A stretch of DNA of 64,000 nt from Macrostomum lignano (GCA_002269645.1 NIVC01000282.1:62001-126000); one strand, 5' to 3'; shown: positions 38,730 through 51,905, counted from the first letter of the stretch. Numbers and translations: made by a program. Notes: a model not told the origin generated them from the sequence alone.

Positions 38730-40290
38730 TGGGAAGCTTAGGGATTGGAATGCTTGAGGATGGGATTGGGAAGATTAGGGATTGGAATGCCTGGGATGGG
38801 ACTGGGAAGCTTAGGAATTGGAATGCTTGAGGATGGGATTGGGAAGATTAGGGATTGGAATGCCTGGGATGGGACTGGGAAGATTAGGGATTGGAATGCC
38901 TGGGATGGGACTGGGAAGATTAGGGATTGGAATGCCTGGGATGGGACTGGGAAGATTAGGGATTGGAATGCCTGGGATGGGACTGGGAAGATTAGGGATT
39001 GGAATGCTTGAGAATGGGACTGGGAAGATTAGGGATTGGAATGCCTGGGATGGGACTGGGAAGATTAGGGATTGGAATGCCTGGGATGGGACTGGGAAGA
39101 TTAGGGATTGGAATGCCTGGGCATGGGACTGGGAAGATTAGAGATTGGAATGCCTGGGCATGGGACTGGGAAGCTTAGGGATTGGAATGCCTGAGGATGG
39201 GACTGGGAAGCTTAGGGATTGGAATGCCTGGGCATGGGATTGGGAAGATTAGGGATTGGAATGCCTGGGATGGGACTGGGAAGATTAGGGATTGGAATGC
39301 CTGGGATGGGACTGGGAAGATTAGGGATTGGAATGCCTGGGATGGGACTGGGAAGATTAGGGATTGGAATGCCTGTGATGGGACTGGGAAGATTAGGGAT
39401 TGGAATGCCTGGGATGGGACTGGGAAGATTAGGGATTGGAATGCCTGGGATGGGACTGGGAAGATTAGGGATTGGAATGCCTGGGATGGGACTGGGAAGA
39501 TTAGGGATTGGAATGGTTGAGAATGGGACTCGGAAGATTATGGGCTGGAATGCTTGAGGATGGGACTGGGAAGATCAGGGACTGGAATGCTTCAGGATGG
39601 GACTGGGAAGATTAGAGATTGGAATGCCTGGGATGGGACTGGGAAGATTAGAGATTGGAATGCCTGGGATGGGACTGGGAAGATTAGGGACTGGAATGCT
39701 TCAGGATGGGACTGGGAAGATTAGGGATTGGAATGCCTGGGATGGGACTGGGAAGATTAGGGATTGGAATGCCTGGGATGGGACTGGGAAGATTAGGGAT
39801 TGGAATGCCTGGGATGGGACTGGGAAGATTAGGGATTGGAATGCCTGGGATGGGACTGGGAAGATTAGGGATTGGAATGCCTGGGATGGGACTGGGAAGA
39901 TTAGGGATTGGAATGCCTGGGCATGGGACTGGGAAGATTAGGGATTGGAATGCCTGGGCATGGGACTGGGAAGATTAGGGATTGGAATGCCTGGGGATGG
40001 GTCAGGGAAGCTTAGGGATTGGAATGCCTGAGGATGGGACTGGGAAGATTAGGGATTGGAATGCCTGGGGATGGGTCAGGGAAGCTTAGGGATTGGAATG
40101 CCTGAGGATGGGTCAGGGAAGCTTAGGGATTGGAATGCCTGAGGATGGGACTGGGAAGTTTAGGGATTGGAATACCTGGGGATGGGTCAGGGAAGCTTAG
40201 GGATTGGAATACCTGGGAATGGGTCAGGGAAGCTTAGGGACTGGAATACCTGGGGATGGGTCAGGGAAGCTTAGGGACTGGAATGCCTGG
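38730..40290. repeat. 36/37-bp tandem gggattggaatgcctgggatgggactgggaagatta
   Basis: Direct reading. Confidence 0.95.
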
Positions 40291-40500
40291 GGAATAAAGA
40301 GTTTGTCAATAACGCGGACCCTGGCTTAATCTGCTTAACAGTTAAAAGACAGCAAAATTAAAACTTAAATCAACCAAACTTAGATTAACAAAACAACACA
40401 ATTGCGACCATTTGTATATTAACATAGCGACAGCAAATCAATGAATAAATAAAATCTAGATAGAATGTCAATAGGATCTCTCGAAGCATACAGCAGCAAC

Positions 40501-42095
40501 CTACAGTGCGGCACTTCTAGAAAGCCTTGCAGACCACAGGTAGAACGGCAGGCCGACCACAGCCGCCAGTACTGCCACTCCTGCGGTGAACAGGCTGCGC
40601 GAAATCCACTGCGCTCGGCTTGCTAGAAGTCTTTTGTACAGCCGAACCGCCTGATCCCTGCTGTGCGCCTCGCTGTGCTGGTTGTCAATCACCACAGTAG
40701 CCTTGGTTACCTTCGAGTCCAATGGCAGCTGGGCTGCGATGCGCTGCTTGGCCTGGCGGTGGAGGAGAGAGCGTGAACTAATTACCACTTTTTTATTAAC
40801 CCTGCAGAGATTGACATTAGTTGCCTCTCCGCTCCCTATCAGTACTTAAGAATCTGCCTCTGTTCTCCATAAGTGCTTGAGAATCTGCCTCTCTTCTCCA
40901 TCAGTGCTTGAGATTCTGCCTCTCCGCTCCCCATCAGTGCTTGAGAATCTGCCTCTCCGCTCTCCCCATCAGTGCTTGAGAATCTGCATCTCCGCTCTCC
41001 ATCAGTGCTTGAGAATCTGCCTCTCTTCTCCATCAGTGCTTGAGAATCTGCCTCTCTTCTCCATCAGTGCTTGAGAATGCTTGAGTGCTTGAGAATCTGC
41101 CTCTCTTCTCCATCAGTGTTTGAGATTCTGCCTCTCCGCTCTCAATCAGTGCTTGAGAATCTGCCTCTCTTCTCCATCAGTGCTTGAGAATCTGCCTCTC
41201 TTCTCCATCAGTGCTTGAGATTCTGCCTCTCCGCTCTCCATCAGTGCTTGAGAATCTGCCTCTCCGCTCTCCCCATCAGTGCTTGAGAATCTGCCTCTCC
41301 GCTCTCCATCAGTGCTTGAGAATCTGCCTCTCTTCTCCATCAGTGCTTGAGAATCTGCCTCCTTCTCCATCAGTGCTTGAGATTCTGCCTCTCCGCTCTC
41401 CATCAGTGCTTGAGAATCTGCCTCTCCGCTCTCCATCAGTGCTTGAGAATCTGCCTCTCCGCTCTCCATCAGTGCTTGAGAATCTGCCTCTCTTCTCCAT
41501 CAGTGCTTGAGAATCTGCCTCTCTTCTCCATCAGTGCTTGAGAATCTGCCTCTCCGCTCTCCATCAGTGTTTGAGAATCTGCCTTTCTTTTAGCTTCCGC
41601 AATTCAGCGATTAACTGCACCCACCTGTTCCACGGTCAGCTGAGCATTTCGCTTCATCAGTCTCTCCAGCTGCTGCTCGGGGCGGCAGTAAACAACGACA
41701 ACTTCGGTCAGCCAGGGGAGCATGCCGGCGCCAGACTTCTCAAACAGCAGCGGCAATTCCAGCACAACAAATTGCTCCAGCATAAAGAAATGATAAATCA
41801 ACTGGTAGGCAATCTCTCTGTAAACAGTAGGATGCACGATCGCATTCAATTTGGCCCGCTTGCCAGCGTCGGCAAACACGATGGCGCCGAGTCGGTCCCT
41901 GTCAATCTCGTCAGAGTCTGGCAGCAGCACGCCTGGCCCGAATTCTCGCACAACCTGGGCCCAGGCTGGCTGGCGCGGCTCCAGCGCCGACTTGGCCACC
42001 GAATCGGCGTCGATCACCAGCACGCCCATTCGGCGCAGCTGGTCCGCCACCGTTGACTTGCCCGACGCGATGCCACCGGTTAGACCGACCAGGTA
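40501..42095 (-). CDS. DCAKD: dephospho-CoA kinase domain-containing protein
   Basis: Exons 42095-41625 and 40752-40501. P-loop VGLTGGIASGKST, IDAD, LNAIVHP, PLLFE, QLERLMKRN, RIAAQLPL, C-terminal TM helix. Start codon unresolved (see findings). Confidence 0.93.
40820..41580. repeat. 31/33-bp tandem cagtgcttgagaatctgcctctccgctctccat (DCAKD intron)
   Basis: Direct reading. Confidence 0.95.
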
Positions 42096-42159
42096 CTGAA
42101 GGCGAGGGGGTGGTGGGGCTTGAGGTGCAGTGGAATTTGACGGGGTTATTGATTTGGGG

Positions 42160-43220
42160 GTGGTGTAGTTTGAGAGGTGGTGGGTTTTGAGGTGGTGGGG
42201 TTTGGGGTGGTGGGGTTTGGGGTGGTGCATTTGAAGGTTGGAGTTTGGGATGGTGGGAGTTGAGGGGTGGTGGGAGTTGAGGGTTGGTGGGAGTTGAGGG
42301 GTGGTGGGAGTTGAGGGGTGGTGGGAGTTGAGGGTCGGTGGGGTTTGAGGGGTGGTGGGAGTTGAGGGTTGGTGGGAGTTGAGGGGTGGTGGGATTTGAG
42401 GGGTGGTGGGAGTTGAGGGGTGGTGGGAGTTGAGGGGTGGTGGGAGTTGAGGGGTGGTGGGAGTTGAGGGGTGGTGGGAGTTGAGGGGTGGTGGGATTTG
42501 AGGGGTGGTGGGAGTTGAGGGTCGGTGGGGTTTGAGGGGTGGTGGGAGTTGAGGGGTGGTGGGAGTTGAGGGGTGGTGGGAGTTGAGGGGTGGTGGGATT
42601 TGAGGGGTGGTGGGAGTTGAGGGGTGGTGGGAGTTGAGGGAGGTGGGAGTTGAGGGGTGGTGGGAGTTGAGGGTCGGTGGGTTTGAGGGGTGGTGGGAGT
42701 TGAGGGTTGGTGGGAGTTGAGGGGTGGTGGGAGTTGAGGGGTGGTGGGATTTGAGGGGTGGTGGGAGTTGAGGGGTGGTGGGAGTTGAGGGGTGGTGGGA
42801 GTTAGGGGTGGTGGGATTTGAGGGGTGGTGGGAGTTGAGGGTCGGTGGGGTTTGAGGGGTGGTGGGAGTTGAGGGTTGGTGGGAGTTGAGGGGTGGTGGG
42901 AGTTGAGGGTTGGTGGGAGTTGAGGGGTGGTGGGAGTTGAGGGGTGGTGGGAGTTGAGGGGTGGTGGGAGTTGAGGGGTGGTGGGAGTTGAGGGGTGGTG
43001 GGAGTTGAGGGTTGGTGGGAGTTGAGGGGTGGTGGGAGTTGAGGGGTGGTGGGAGTTGAGGGGTGGTGGGAGTTGAGGGGTGGTGGGGTTTGAGGGGTGG
43101 TGGGAGTTGAGGGTTGGTGGGAGTTGAGGGGTGGTGGGAATTGAGGGGTGGTGGGAGTTGAGGGGTGGTGGGAGTTGAGGGTTGGTGGGAGTTGAGGGGT
43201 GGTGGGAGTTGAGGGATGGT
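42160..43220. repeat. 18-bp G-rich tandem gtggtgggagttgagggg
   Basis: Direct reading. Confidence 0.95.
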
Positions 43221-43759
43221 GGGGTCGTTGTAAGTATTGTGTTGGGTTTCTTAATTCTAAATATAAGAGCATTATGTCTAACTAGACTTTAGTAGATGTT
43301 GATTTTTATCTCAGTTTTTGGTAGGGTTTGAAGGGCGTCAGACATTAAAGGAAGGATTTTTTAAACATGTATGAAAATATCAATAAATACAATGGAAAGC
43401 AACAAAAAATAACTTGTTTAAAAGCAAGTTTGTTTTATCGCACAAAATCACTTTGAAATACAACTATTAAATGCGCGCAAAAGGCCTTATACATTGCGCA
43501 AACTATTGCATACAACTTGATAAGAACAGAGAAATGACGCAAAAGCCAATTATGGCAACAAAAGCAAAACTTTACCAACGTCTAAAGTTTGAAATTTAAA
43601 TACAAACAATTTTTACGATTCTACATGTATGAACTAGAAAACTAGAACTGAAGTTCAATAAAAATTCTGTGCGTAGGACTAAAACAAGTGCAAAGTATTC
43701 AGGTATAGGTTAAATGGCAAGTTAAACAATTGATAATTACACGAAGTTTTCTTTAATAC

Positions 43760-44530
43760 CCATCTGCTGACAGACACCTGACCCCATCAGCTAATAGAGA
43801 CATCTGACCCCATCAGCTGACACAGACATCTGACCCCATCAGCTGACAGACATCTGACAGACATCTGACCCCATCAGCTGACAGAAATCTAACCTCATCA
43901 GCTGATTCTGATACAGACATCTGACCCCATCAGCTGACAGACATCTGACCCCATCAGCTGACAGACATCTGACCCCATCAGCTGACAGAAATCTAACCCC
44001 ATCAGCTGATAAAGACATCTGACCCCATCAGCTGACAGACATCTGACCCCATCAGCTGACACAAAACTGACCCATCAGCTGACAGACATCTGACCCCATC
44101 AGCTGACAGAAATCTAACCCCATCAGCTGATAAAGACATCTGACCCCATCAGCTGACAGACATCTGACCCCATCAGCTGACAGACATCTGACCCCATCAG
44201 CTGACAGACATCTGACCCCATCAGCTGACAGAAATCTAACCCCATCAGCTGATAAAGACATCTGACCCCATCAGCTGACAGACATCTGAACCCATCAGCT
44301 GACACAAAACTGACCCATCAGCTGACAGACATCTGACCCCATCAGCTGACAGAAATCTAACCCCATCAGCTGATAAAGACATCTGACCCCATCAGCTGAC
44401 AGACATCTGACCCCATCAGCTGACAGACATCTGACCCCATCAGCTGACACAAAACTGACCCATCAGCTGACAGACATCTGACCCCATTAGCTGACACAAA
44501 ACTGACCCATAAGCTGACAGACAGCTGACC
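43760..44530. repeat. 24-bp tandem gacatctgaccccatcagctgaca
   Basis: Direct reading; abuts the TEN1 stop codon. Confidence 0.95.
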
Positions 44531-44533
44531 ACA

Positions 44534-44989
44534 TCAACTGAAAGGCAGCAATCCCATCAACTTGTATGCAGCAGTCGCAGCCTTCCTGTACATCTCTGGC
44601 TCAACAGAGCTCATATCACGAAACGTATATGCCTTTAGCGTCCAAGACACTGGGCCTGGCGTCTGACTCTCGTAGCAATTCAACAGTTCACCAATAATTT
44701 CAATGCGCTGATGCATTGGCGGCGGAGTGTCCACATCAAGTAGTGACAGGTCGACATGTATTGTGTTCTGATTAGCAGAGGCTGCAGTCAGGGATGATTG
44801 GCAAGTCTCATCGCGCAGTATAGAAATGCAGCTCTCAGCATTCAGGCTGACCAGTCTGCCCAATGTTCGAATGTGACAAGGCGATGCAGACTGGCGCTGC
44901 TGCTGCTGATGACACAGTTGAGGCATCAGGGGGCTGGAGCCATTAATCAGCTCACTGATAATTAGATAGGTGCAGCTATTATTTGTAGC
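44534..44989 (-). CDS. TEN1: CST complex subunit TEN1-like OB-fold protein
   Basis: One coding block after acceptor tttgcag. TYLIISEL, IRTLGRL, IIGEL and LKAY.FR..EPEMYRKAA parallel TEN1 motifs (TYYLPWEV, LRTFGRL, IVLGEL, VKARV). Confidence 0.65.
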   Translation of the reverse strand, partial: ATNNSCTYLIISELINGSSPLMPQLCHQQQQRQSASPCHIRTLGRLVSLNAESCISILRDETCQSSLTAASANQNTIHVDLSLLDVDTPPPMHQRIEIIGELLNCYESQTPGPVSWTLKAYTFRDMSSVEPEMYRKAATAAYKLMGLLPFS

Positions 44990-46559
44990 CTGCAAATGAT
45001 AGCAGCCTTTATGACATTATATAGGCCTACTGTAACATTTTATTGAAAGAACTTTTGCCATAGTTTTATTTCTAACCAAAACAGGATTTTGCTAGTTTTT
45101 TTATATTTGATAGTCAAATTAAAAGCCAAAGTTATATAAGAAGACAGAGAATTATTTAATGAAATGAAAATAACTTACTAATACTTTGTATATGCATCAA
45201 TTATATAAATAGTTGTCCAAAATTCTAAAATTCTAGCAAATATTAAGGACTATTTAAAAAAATATAAATTAGTCTTTAGTCTAAGATAACTATATCAGCT
45301 TTCATTTCAGACTGATTTCAACCAAATTTATTGTATAGTTCCAGCCACATAATGTCTAAGAAAAGGCAGATTGAATTCTTGTATGAACTAGAAACAATAA
45401 TTAGGCCTATTAAGAAATTGCCAAACTTTTTGGGGCTCAAAAGTGACATTGTCTAAAAAGTACAAAAACTCCTATAACTCAGCCCCAAAGCACATAGCAT
45501 CCATAGTTTGGAAGGTGACATATATGCCAAGATTTCCTAACATACAACAAGGGTAGGCTTACTTGCCTTTTTTCAGCATATATCAGTATTCATCCTAGCA
45601 TAGATACATTTTTGTCCCAGCATAAAAATGAGAACCTTTTTATTATTCTCCCACTAGACTTAATTTACACTAATACACAATCTGAGCTATTATACACAAT
45701 ATTGTCATTAAATTGGTATAGTACTGTGGGAATAAGCACTGCCTACTATTTTTTAACATTATTTCTAAATCTTAGGCCTAGCATTTAAATATCTGGTTTA
45801 TTATTTAGTTTAATAAGTTTAATAACTAACTTATAACTAACTAACTAACTAACTAATTATAACTAACTAATTATAACTAACTTATAATAACTAACTTATT
45901 AAATCTATAGTTTAATAACTAATAGATTTAATAATATTTTAGGACATGTAAGAGTTATTTGGCATAGGAAATAAGTTGAAATTTAGCTTTCATTTGACAC
46001 AATGACACATCTAATATGCTTATTAGGTTCATTAATAATAACTAATTGGAGATGCAGTCAATTATGATTAGATTATTATGATTATTATGTTATTATATTA
46101 TGATTAATGGAGTCATGGACCTGACCTCTTTTATCAATTTAAGCAGCATCCTTGCAGACCTTGCTCATGATCATAAATGCTGCATTCCTATACATACAAT
46201 GCATTGCTTGGGTGCGCGTGCGCGGTCATTTCGTATGCCGTCTTTTCGTCTGCCGGCAGACGAAACGACTTTCTAAAAGACTTGATAATAAAACTGCACT
46301 GCTCCCAAATAAATTTTATGAATTTAAAATAGTTTTTTCCTAGATTTTTATTAGAAACCCTTAACTAGTACTGATTTAATTTTATTTCAAAAACATTCAA
46401 CTAAGAGTTTTATACGTGTTGAAAAAAGACAGCTAGATTAATTGTTTAGTAAAAGTTATCTAAATTTTAGTTTAATTTGTAAATTTTCCTAGAAACCATT
46501 TTTTTTTCGCTGCGGCATCGAATTAATTCAACTCTACTCTCTTCATAGGGGTAAGGACA

Positions 46560-47186
46560 AGGTCCGGTCGTTTCGCCCATAAACCGTTTCGGCTATGTAC
46601 ATTTCGACCCAAACAAACTAATTGGACCAGTTTGGCCAAGCCAAGGTGGCAAGTACGAATGCCAAAACTTGGAGAAAGTTTACATTTCTTTTTCTTTTTC
46701 TTTTAGTATAAATATGGTTTTACCAAAACCCTTTCTCAATCTCACCCTCTAATTCAAATGGCTTATCGCGCTTTTGAAAGGAATGACTTTCTTAGAAAGA
46801 ACTCAATATTTCACAATTTTAATATTTCTAATAAACACAATTGATTGTAATAACTAATAATAATAATTAATAACTCATGTTATTTTATAGCAACAATTCA
46901 TTTTTTATTTCAATATAACAATATTACATATTAAAACTAAAAATTATTAAATTAGCATTGAAAAAATACTAAATTTAAGATACATATGTACATGTATAGA
47001 TGTATCTGTAAATTACATACATATGATATAATTCACTAGGCCTATTTTGGCCGAAATTTTAGCTTTAGCCTATAGCGGCATAGCCTATAGCCAAACAAGT
47101 TTATAGGCAAAACAGACTATGGGCAAAATGGTCTGAGGACAAAATGTCCATGGCCAAAACAGTTTAAGGGTAAAACAACCAGATTT
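46560..47186. mobile_element. possible MITE/foldback-type non-autonomous DNA element
   Basis: Imperfect inverted ends gtccggtcgtttcgccc ... gggtaaaacaaccagatt with short subterminal tttcg/caaaa repeats. Confidence 0.35.
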
Positions 47187-48397
47187 CTACATAGGTAGGT
47201 AGGCCTAATATTAATAATTTGACTTTTAGTTTTACTTTCAAATCAGAGAAATGTAATAGGCCTATTCCTATAGGCCAAATGCCAATAGGCCAATTCACAA
47301 AGTTTATTAGCTCTTTGCTATTGGCAATTTCTAATATATAAATTAAGTTTTAAAAAAATGGCTAGTAAAGGTACGCTTAAGCCTTTTTCATTTAGCTTTT
47401 ATTACAGCTATGAGCTAAGCCAAGTTTAAAACTAGGGAATACAAATGATCCTAGAAATGGCTAGGATCATAGAAGGCAATGGCTAGAGTTCCGGCACCAG
47501 AACCCATTTTTTAACGGCTACGGATCCGGTAGTGCCATTATAATATAGATGGAACATTAATTTTTTTCTTTCTACAGGTGGCTGATATTGAGATTTTGTT
47601 CTAGATTAAAATTTAAGACAATATGATAAGATTCAGGACGAGATGTTTCTAATATTCAGACTTCTTAAGATATGCTCTTAGCAGTCTTCATATGCTTCTA
47701 TACGGCATTGCCATTAGGATCCCAATCCCACTTTGTAATTATTCAGTCTCATTTTTGATTCTCACATAGTATTAGTACTAGTATATGTAGCTATAAACCT
47801 ATAAATACTTATCTAAATAGATAAAAATCATAACCTATGTAGTTATCTTGCTTTGATCTAATTATCTAGCTAGTGAATAAAAGGTATAGCTAGGGCTACA
47901 AGGATACATAATTGAAGTAAAGCCATTGATAGATTATAACGTTGTAAGGGGATTTATTAAAGTGTAAGAATAAAGTGTATAATTATAACATAAAAGCCAA
48001 TCTCTCATTGTTTTAGATCATAGTGCTTGCCAAATAGGAGTTAAATCATTATTCATTTAAACTTATTCTCTATTTCAAACTATTTAAAACTAGGGTTCTT
48101 AATTTTTCCTTGCCCAGATCAAACTTTAGAAGCCCTCTATGCATAGGCCTAGGACCATTCTTACAACTTTCATGACACCCTTTAGATCCCTAGCATAGGG
48201 GTGGTAGTAGAACTATTTTAAGTAATCAATAGGCCTACCTTTAAAACTCCTAGGTGTTGGCCATAATTGGGATTAAAATAATAGGACCTTGCTATTAGAG
48301 CATAAACCAAGCTGGCAAGCTACTAATTTTCCATTTAAGATAAGTGCCTTACTAGGTAACTAAGAGGGTAAGGTTTGATCCTTTTCTACTAATGGTA

Positions 48398-49754
48398 TTA
48401 TTTTGCCTGTCTAGAATGTCGTGAGAATGTGTCAGTCAAGCAAGAAAGCAGCAAGCTAATGATATGGCACACATAAAATTTCAATAATAGACTTATAGAT
48501 GTCTATGGTGAAAATTCTTGTTATTCTAGCAGCAAAATTGGGGGCAGGGGCGAGCTCAGCATAAAGTGCTCAATAACTAATGCAACGCGGTGATCAAGCT
48601 TGAAAAATTTAATAGCGAGTTTGTCAAAATGGAAGATTTCCAGGCTTATGCCTACGCTAGATACCGTCTTGGAATCTCTGCTATTAGTTGTTATGACGAA
48701 CTACTTAAAGTTTATGGAGATGCCGCACAAGGTCAGTCAATGGTTTACAGATGGTACTCAAAGTTCCGTGATGAAGCATTTCCCCTGGCCTCAGCTCCTT
48801 GGACTGGCCAGCCACAGTCAACAAGGACAACGGAACTGATCGAAACCTGCCAAGCTCTTGTTGAAGAGGATTCAAAAGTTAGTGTCCAAGACCTTGCCGA
48901 CTTTTTGGAAGTTGGTAAAACAACAGTGCACAAAATTTTGATTGAGGATTTGCACCTTCAAAACGTTTCTGCCGTCTGGGTTCCTCATGCTCTATCCAAG
49001 GAGAACAAGACTGTTCGCATCAATTGTGCCAAGTAAATCTGCAGGCTTTTTTACAACGAGGGGGTGGAAAACTTTTGCAACAAGCATGTGGTGGAAGATG
49101 AGATGTGGGTGTACCTGAACAATGGCACAAAGCAAAACAACAGGTGCTGGCTTAGCCAATAGGGATCATCGGCCCCAGGTTGTCAGGCACTCAGTCGGGA
49201 ATGCAAAGACAATGCTTCTGGTTGCTTTCACTCCAAGCAAGCGCTTCTCCATTAAATCCACAGCCCCGAAGCAAACTGTTGATGCAGATGGCATAGTTGA
49301 ATTCATTTGGCACACGGGAGACCTATGGCGTACTCTAAGGTCAAAGCCAATTCACCTGTCAGATGTTCTTTGGCAGTGGGACAATGCGCGACCTCATGTA
49401 GCCCGTTCTGTGCAGCAGTACATTGGAGTCCCGTGGAGTTCAGCTGGTGTTTCAGAGTCCTTACAGCCCAGACTTCAATCTGTGCGACCATTTTTTGTTC
49501 AGTTGGATGAAGAATGATTTCTCCAGGCGAGTATTCAGCGACCACAATGAAGTTCGAGAAGCTGCGTTGCAGTGGACAAGAGGCCTTGACAAAGATTGCT
49601 TAAAAAGAGAGGTTCAGCGACTCGTTGACCATTGCCAAGCTGTAATCAATGCAAGGGGAGATTACATTACCAACTAGTGCTGTTATCGTGTTTTTTGATA
49701 GTTCTGACTGATTTTTTAAATACATTCTCGCAACTTTCTGGACAGCCAAAGTAG
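48398..49754 (+). mobile_element. mariner (Tc1/mariner) transposon, decayed
   Basis: TA flanks; 33-bp TIRs 48398-48430 and 49722-49754 (26/33 identical). Transposase motifs WVPHAL, EDE, WDNARPH, SPYSPDFNLCD, with stops and frameshifts. Confidence 0.92.
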
Positions 49755-50383
49755 TACTTCATGCCATAGTTCTATAAGCTATCATTCTCCAAGTTATATC
49801 ACAATCAAATGTGAATTTCTTGAGCTGATATTGGCATATAAAGCATGTCAATTATGCTAGCCTATACATTGCATACCAATTCAAAGCTCAGTATCAGTTT
49901 CTTGTTTGCCAAATATATTATTTTATTTTATTTTTATTACTGAAAGCCTTTTAAAATCAGATTAGATGGCTTTGTAAACCAAAATTTGTATTAACAAAGA
50001 TTAGAAACTTTTTCAATCGCAGGATTGTCAAAGTCCAAGATATCCCAATCCTAAGAATCCTAAGATTTTTCAAGTCTGACTGGCTAGGATATCCCAATCT
50101 TGAGAATCCTGGGATTGGCAAACTTAGAATTTTGTATTCCCTAGTCTGAACTATGTTAGGCCCATGCCTCCTTTTCCTACACTATAATGTACTAGGCCTA
50201 GCACAAGTCCCAAAGATCAATGATTTAGTAAATGGTGCATTCTCTTCCCTGTGCCCCTGTGAAATATTTTAAAATATGTGGTCATTCTTCTGGTCTCTCA
50301 CTTCTATGGCTCTAGGTCTACTTCAAATATCAATGTGAGAGCCAAATAACTAAGGCTGCAGATTCAATTGACTTTTCCTGATA

Positions 50384-50659
50384 ATGCAAACACTTGATGT
50401 TAACTTACAGACCATTGTATTTGATAGTTGCAATCCACGTGCTCCTGATCTACTACAATGCGATAACATTTTATGGAAGCTCAACTCGAGAGAACAAGAA
50501 GGACGGCTGACCAATGGTGGTAGGTGTGCCGACGGCTGTGGCAGTTGGAAGTATTGCTACAAGACGGCTGGCCACGGGACACGAAGTGGGGCAAACGGCG
50601 AGGCCTTTGGCTGCTGTCATTTTCGGACGGCTGATCACACCAGTCCGCAAGTGGTGTGA
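50384..50659 (+). CDS. Cys-rich ORF or exon of unknown family, possibly a decayed gene fragment
   Basis: Coding-like island in AT-rich DNA (FDSCNP..CDNILWK..NGGRCADGCGSWKYCY..GHG..FGCCH). No partner exons identified. Confidence 0.3.
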   Translation: MQTLDVNLQTIVFDSCNPRAPDLLQCDNILWKLNSREQEGRLTNGGRCADGCGSWKYCYKTAGHGTRSGANGEAFGCCHFRTADHTSPQVV

Positions 50660-51905
50660 GCGCCGCCTTGAATGGTGACAAAAGCTCCAACACATAGAAG
50701 AGGAGATAGTGGTGGGACGTCGTTGGGGTAATTTTATTTTGGTTTAATTTGAATTATGGGAATAACTAACCTGAAGTTGGGGTGACTTTAATTTGACTTC
50801 TTTTTTGTAATTTTTGTGTAGTTTTTGTATATATATATAATCGGATAACTTATCAGTTGATATATTGTTGTTACAATTTTTGTGTAAATTTTGTAAAATA
50901 TATACATATATACATAACTAAAACTGACCTGTTTAACTTTTTTAAATCAACACAGGCTGCTTAAAGGCAGAGTGGGGAAATATGGGCATAGTTCTATTTT
51001 AATAAAGTAGATAATAGATAGCGTTAAATGTAGTTTTTTGTAAAGCTACTAGCAAAATAACTAGGATACAAGCTATATGGGGTACCAAACAGCTTTTGTC
51101 GCTGGCAATTGGGAGATGGGAGAAAAGTTAAGGTTAATTCGGTCGTAATCCATCATGCGAAACAGGAAATCCTCAGCATTCTGAATGATTTATAGGGAGC
51201 AGATATCAGGATCAGCAATCCGGAAAAGGTTTTGGTCGATAAGAAGTGATGGATGAGGCGCGTAGGCTTTGCAAACAGTAAAACTTGGGCTCTAATCAAG
51301 AAAAATGATGGGTGATCAGGCAAGCAGCCTGCAAAGATTAGCGAAAAGGTTTTCTGATAGCAAGAGAGAAGTGATGGATGAGGCGTGTAGGCTTTGCAAA
51401 CAGTAAATCTGAGGCTTTAACTCATGAAAAATGATTAATAGTCAGGCAAGCAGCCTGACTAAAGCAGTACATAACTGATTTTCATTGGTTGAAGTTGGGG
51501 TCATGTTCTTAGCTTTTGCTAGTTGGAGCGCATTCATTTGTTAAAATACATTCAATCTGGATGGGAACTTTCTAGAGCCAAAATATGTCACTTCACCTGC
51601 CCCATGCCATTACCATGTGCAGTGCTAACTGCTATATGCCACACCATTGCTAGGGGCCAATCTGCAATGGCTGCTATTTCCAATAATGACCATTGGCTAC
51701 AATAGGGTCAGGGGATGGGAATATTTCATAGGCATATAGAAATTAAACTTTTTAGGACAAGCCTTTTGCTGGGCATACTAACCTTGTCCTAGGCTATTAA
51801 ATTAGTCATGTCATGTGTATATCAATCATAATAAAAAACAAAAATATCAGAAGTCAAGCCACGTTTTTTCAGCACTAATTCAGTTATTCAGTCCAGACGC
51901 GCACA

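Noticed and set aside
38730-40290. Interstitial telomere (TTAGGG in each unit, near TEN1)
   Set aside because: Only one hexamer per 36-bp unit; not a tandem telomeric tract.
51225-51460. snoRNA pair in a duplication of about 120 bp
   Set aside because: C box is imperfect (gtgatgg) and I saw no terminal stem; treated as a local tandem duplication.
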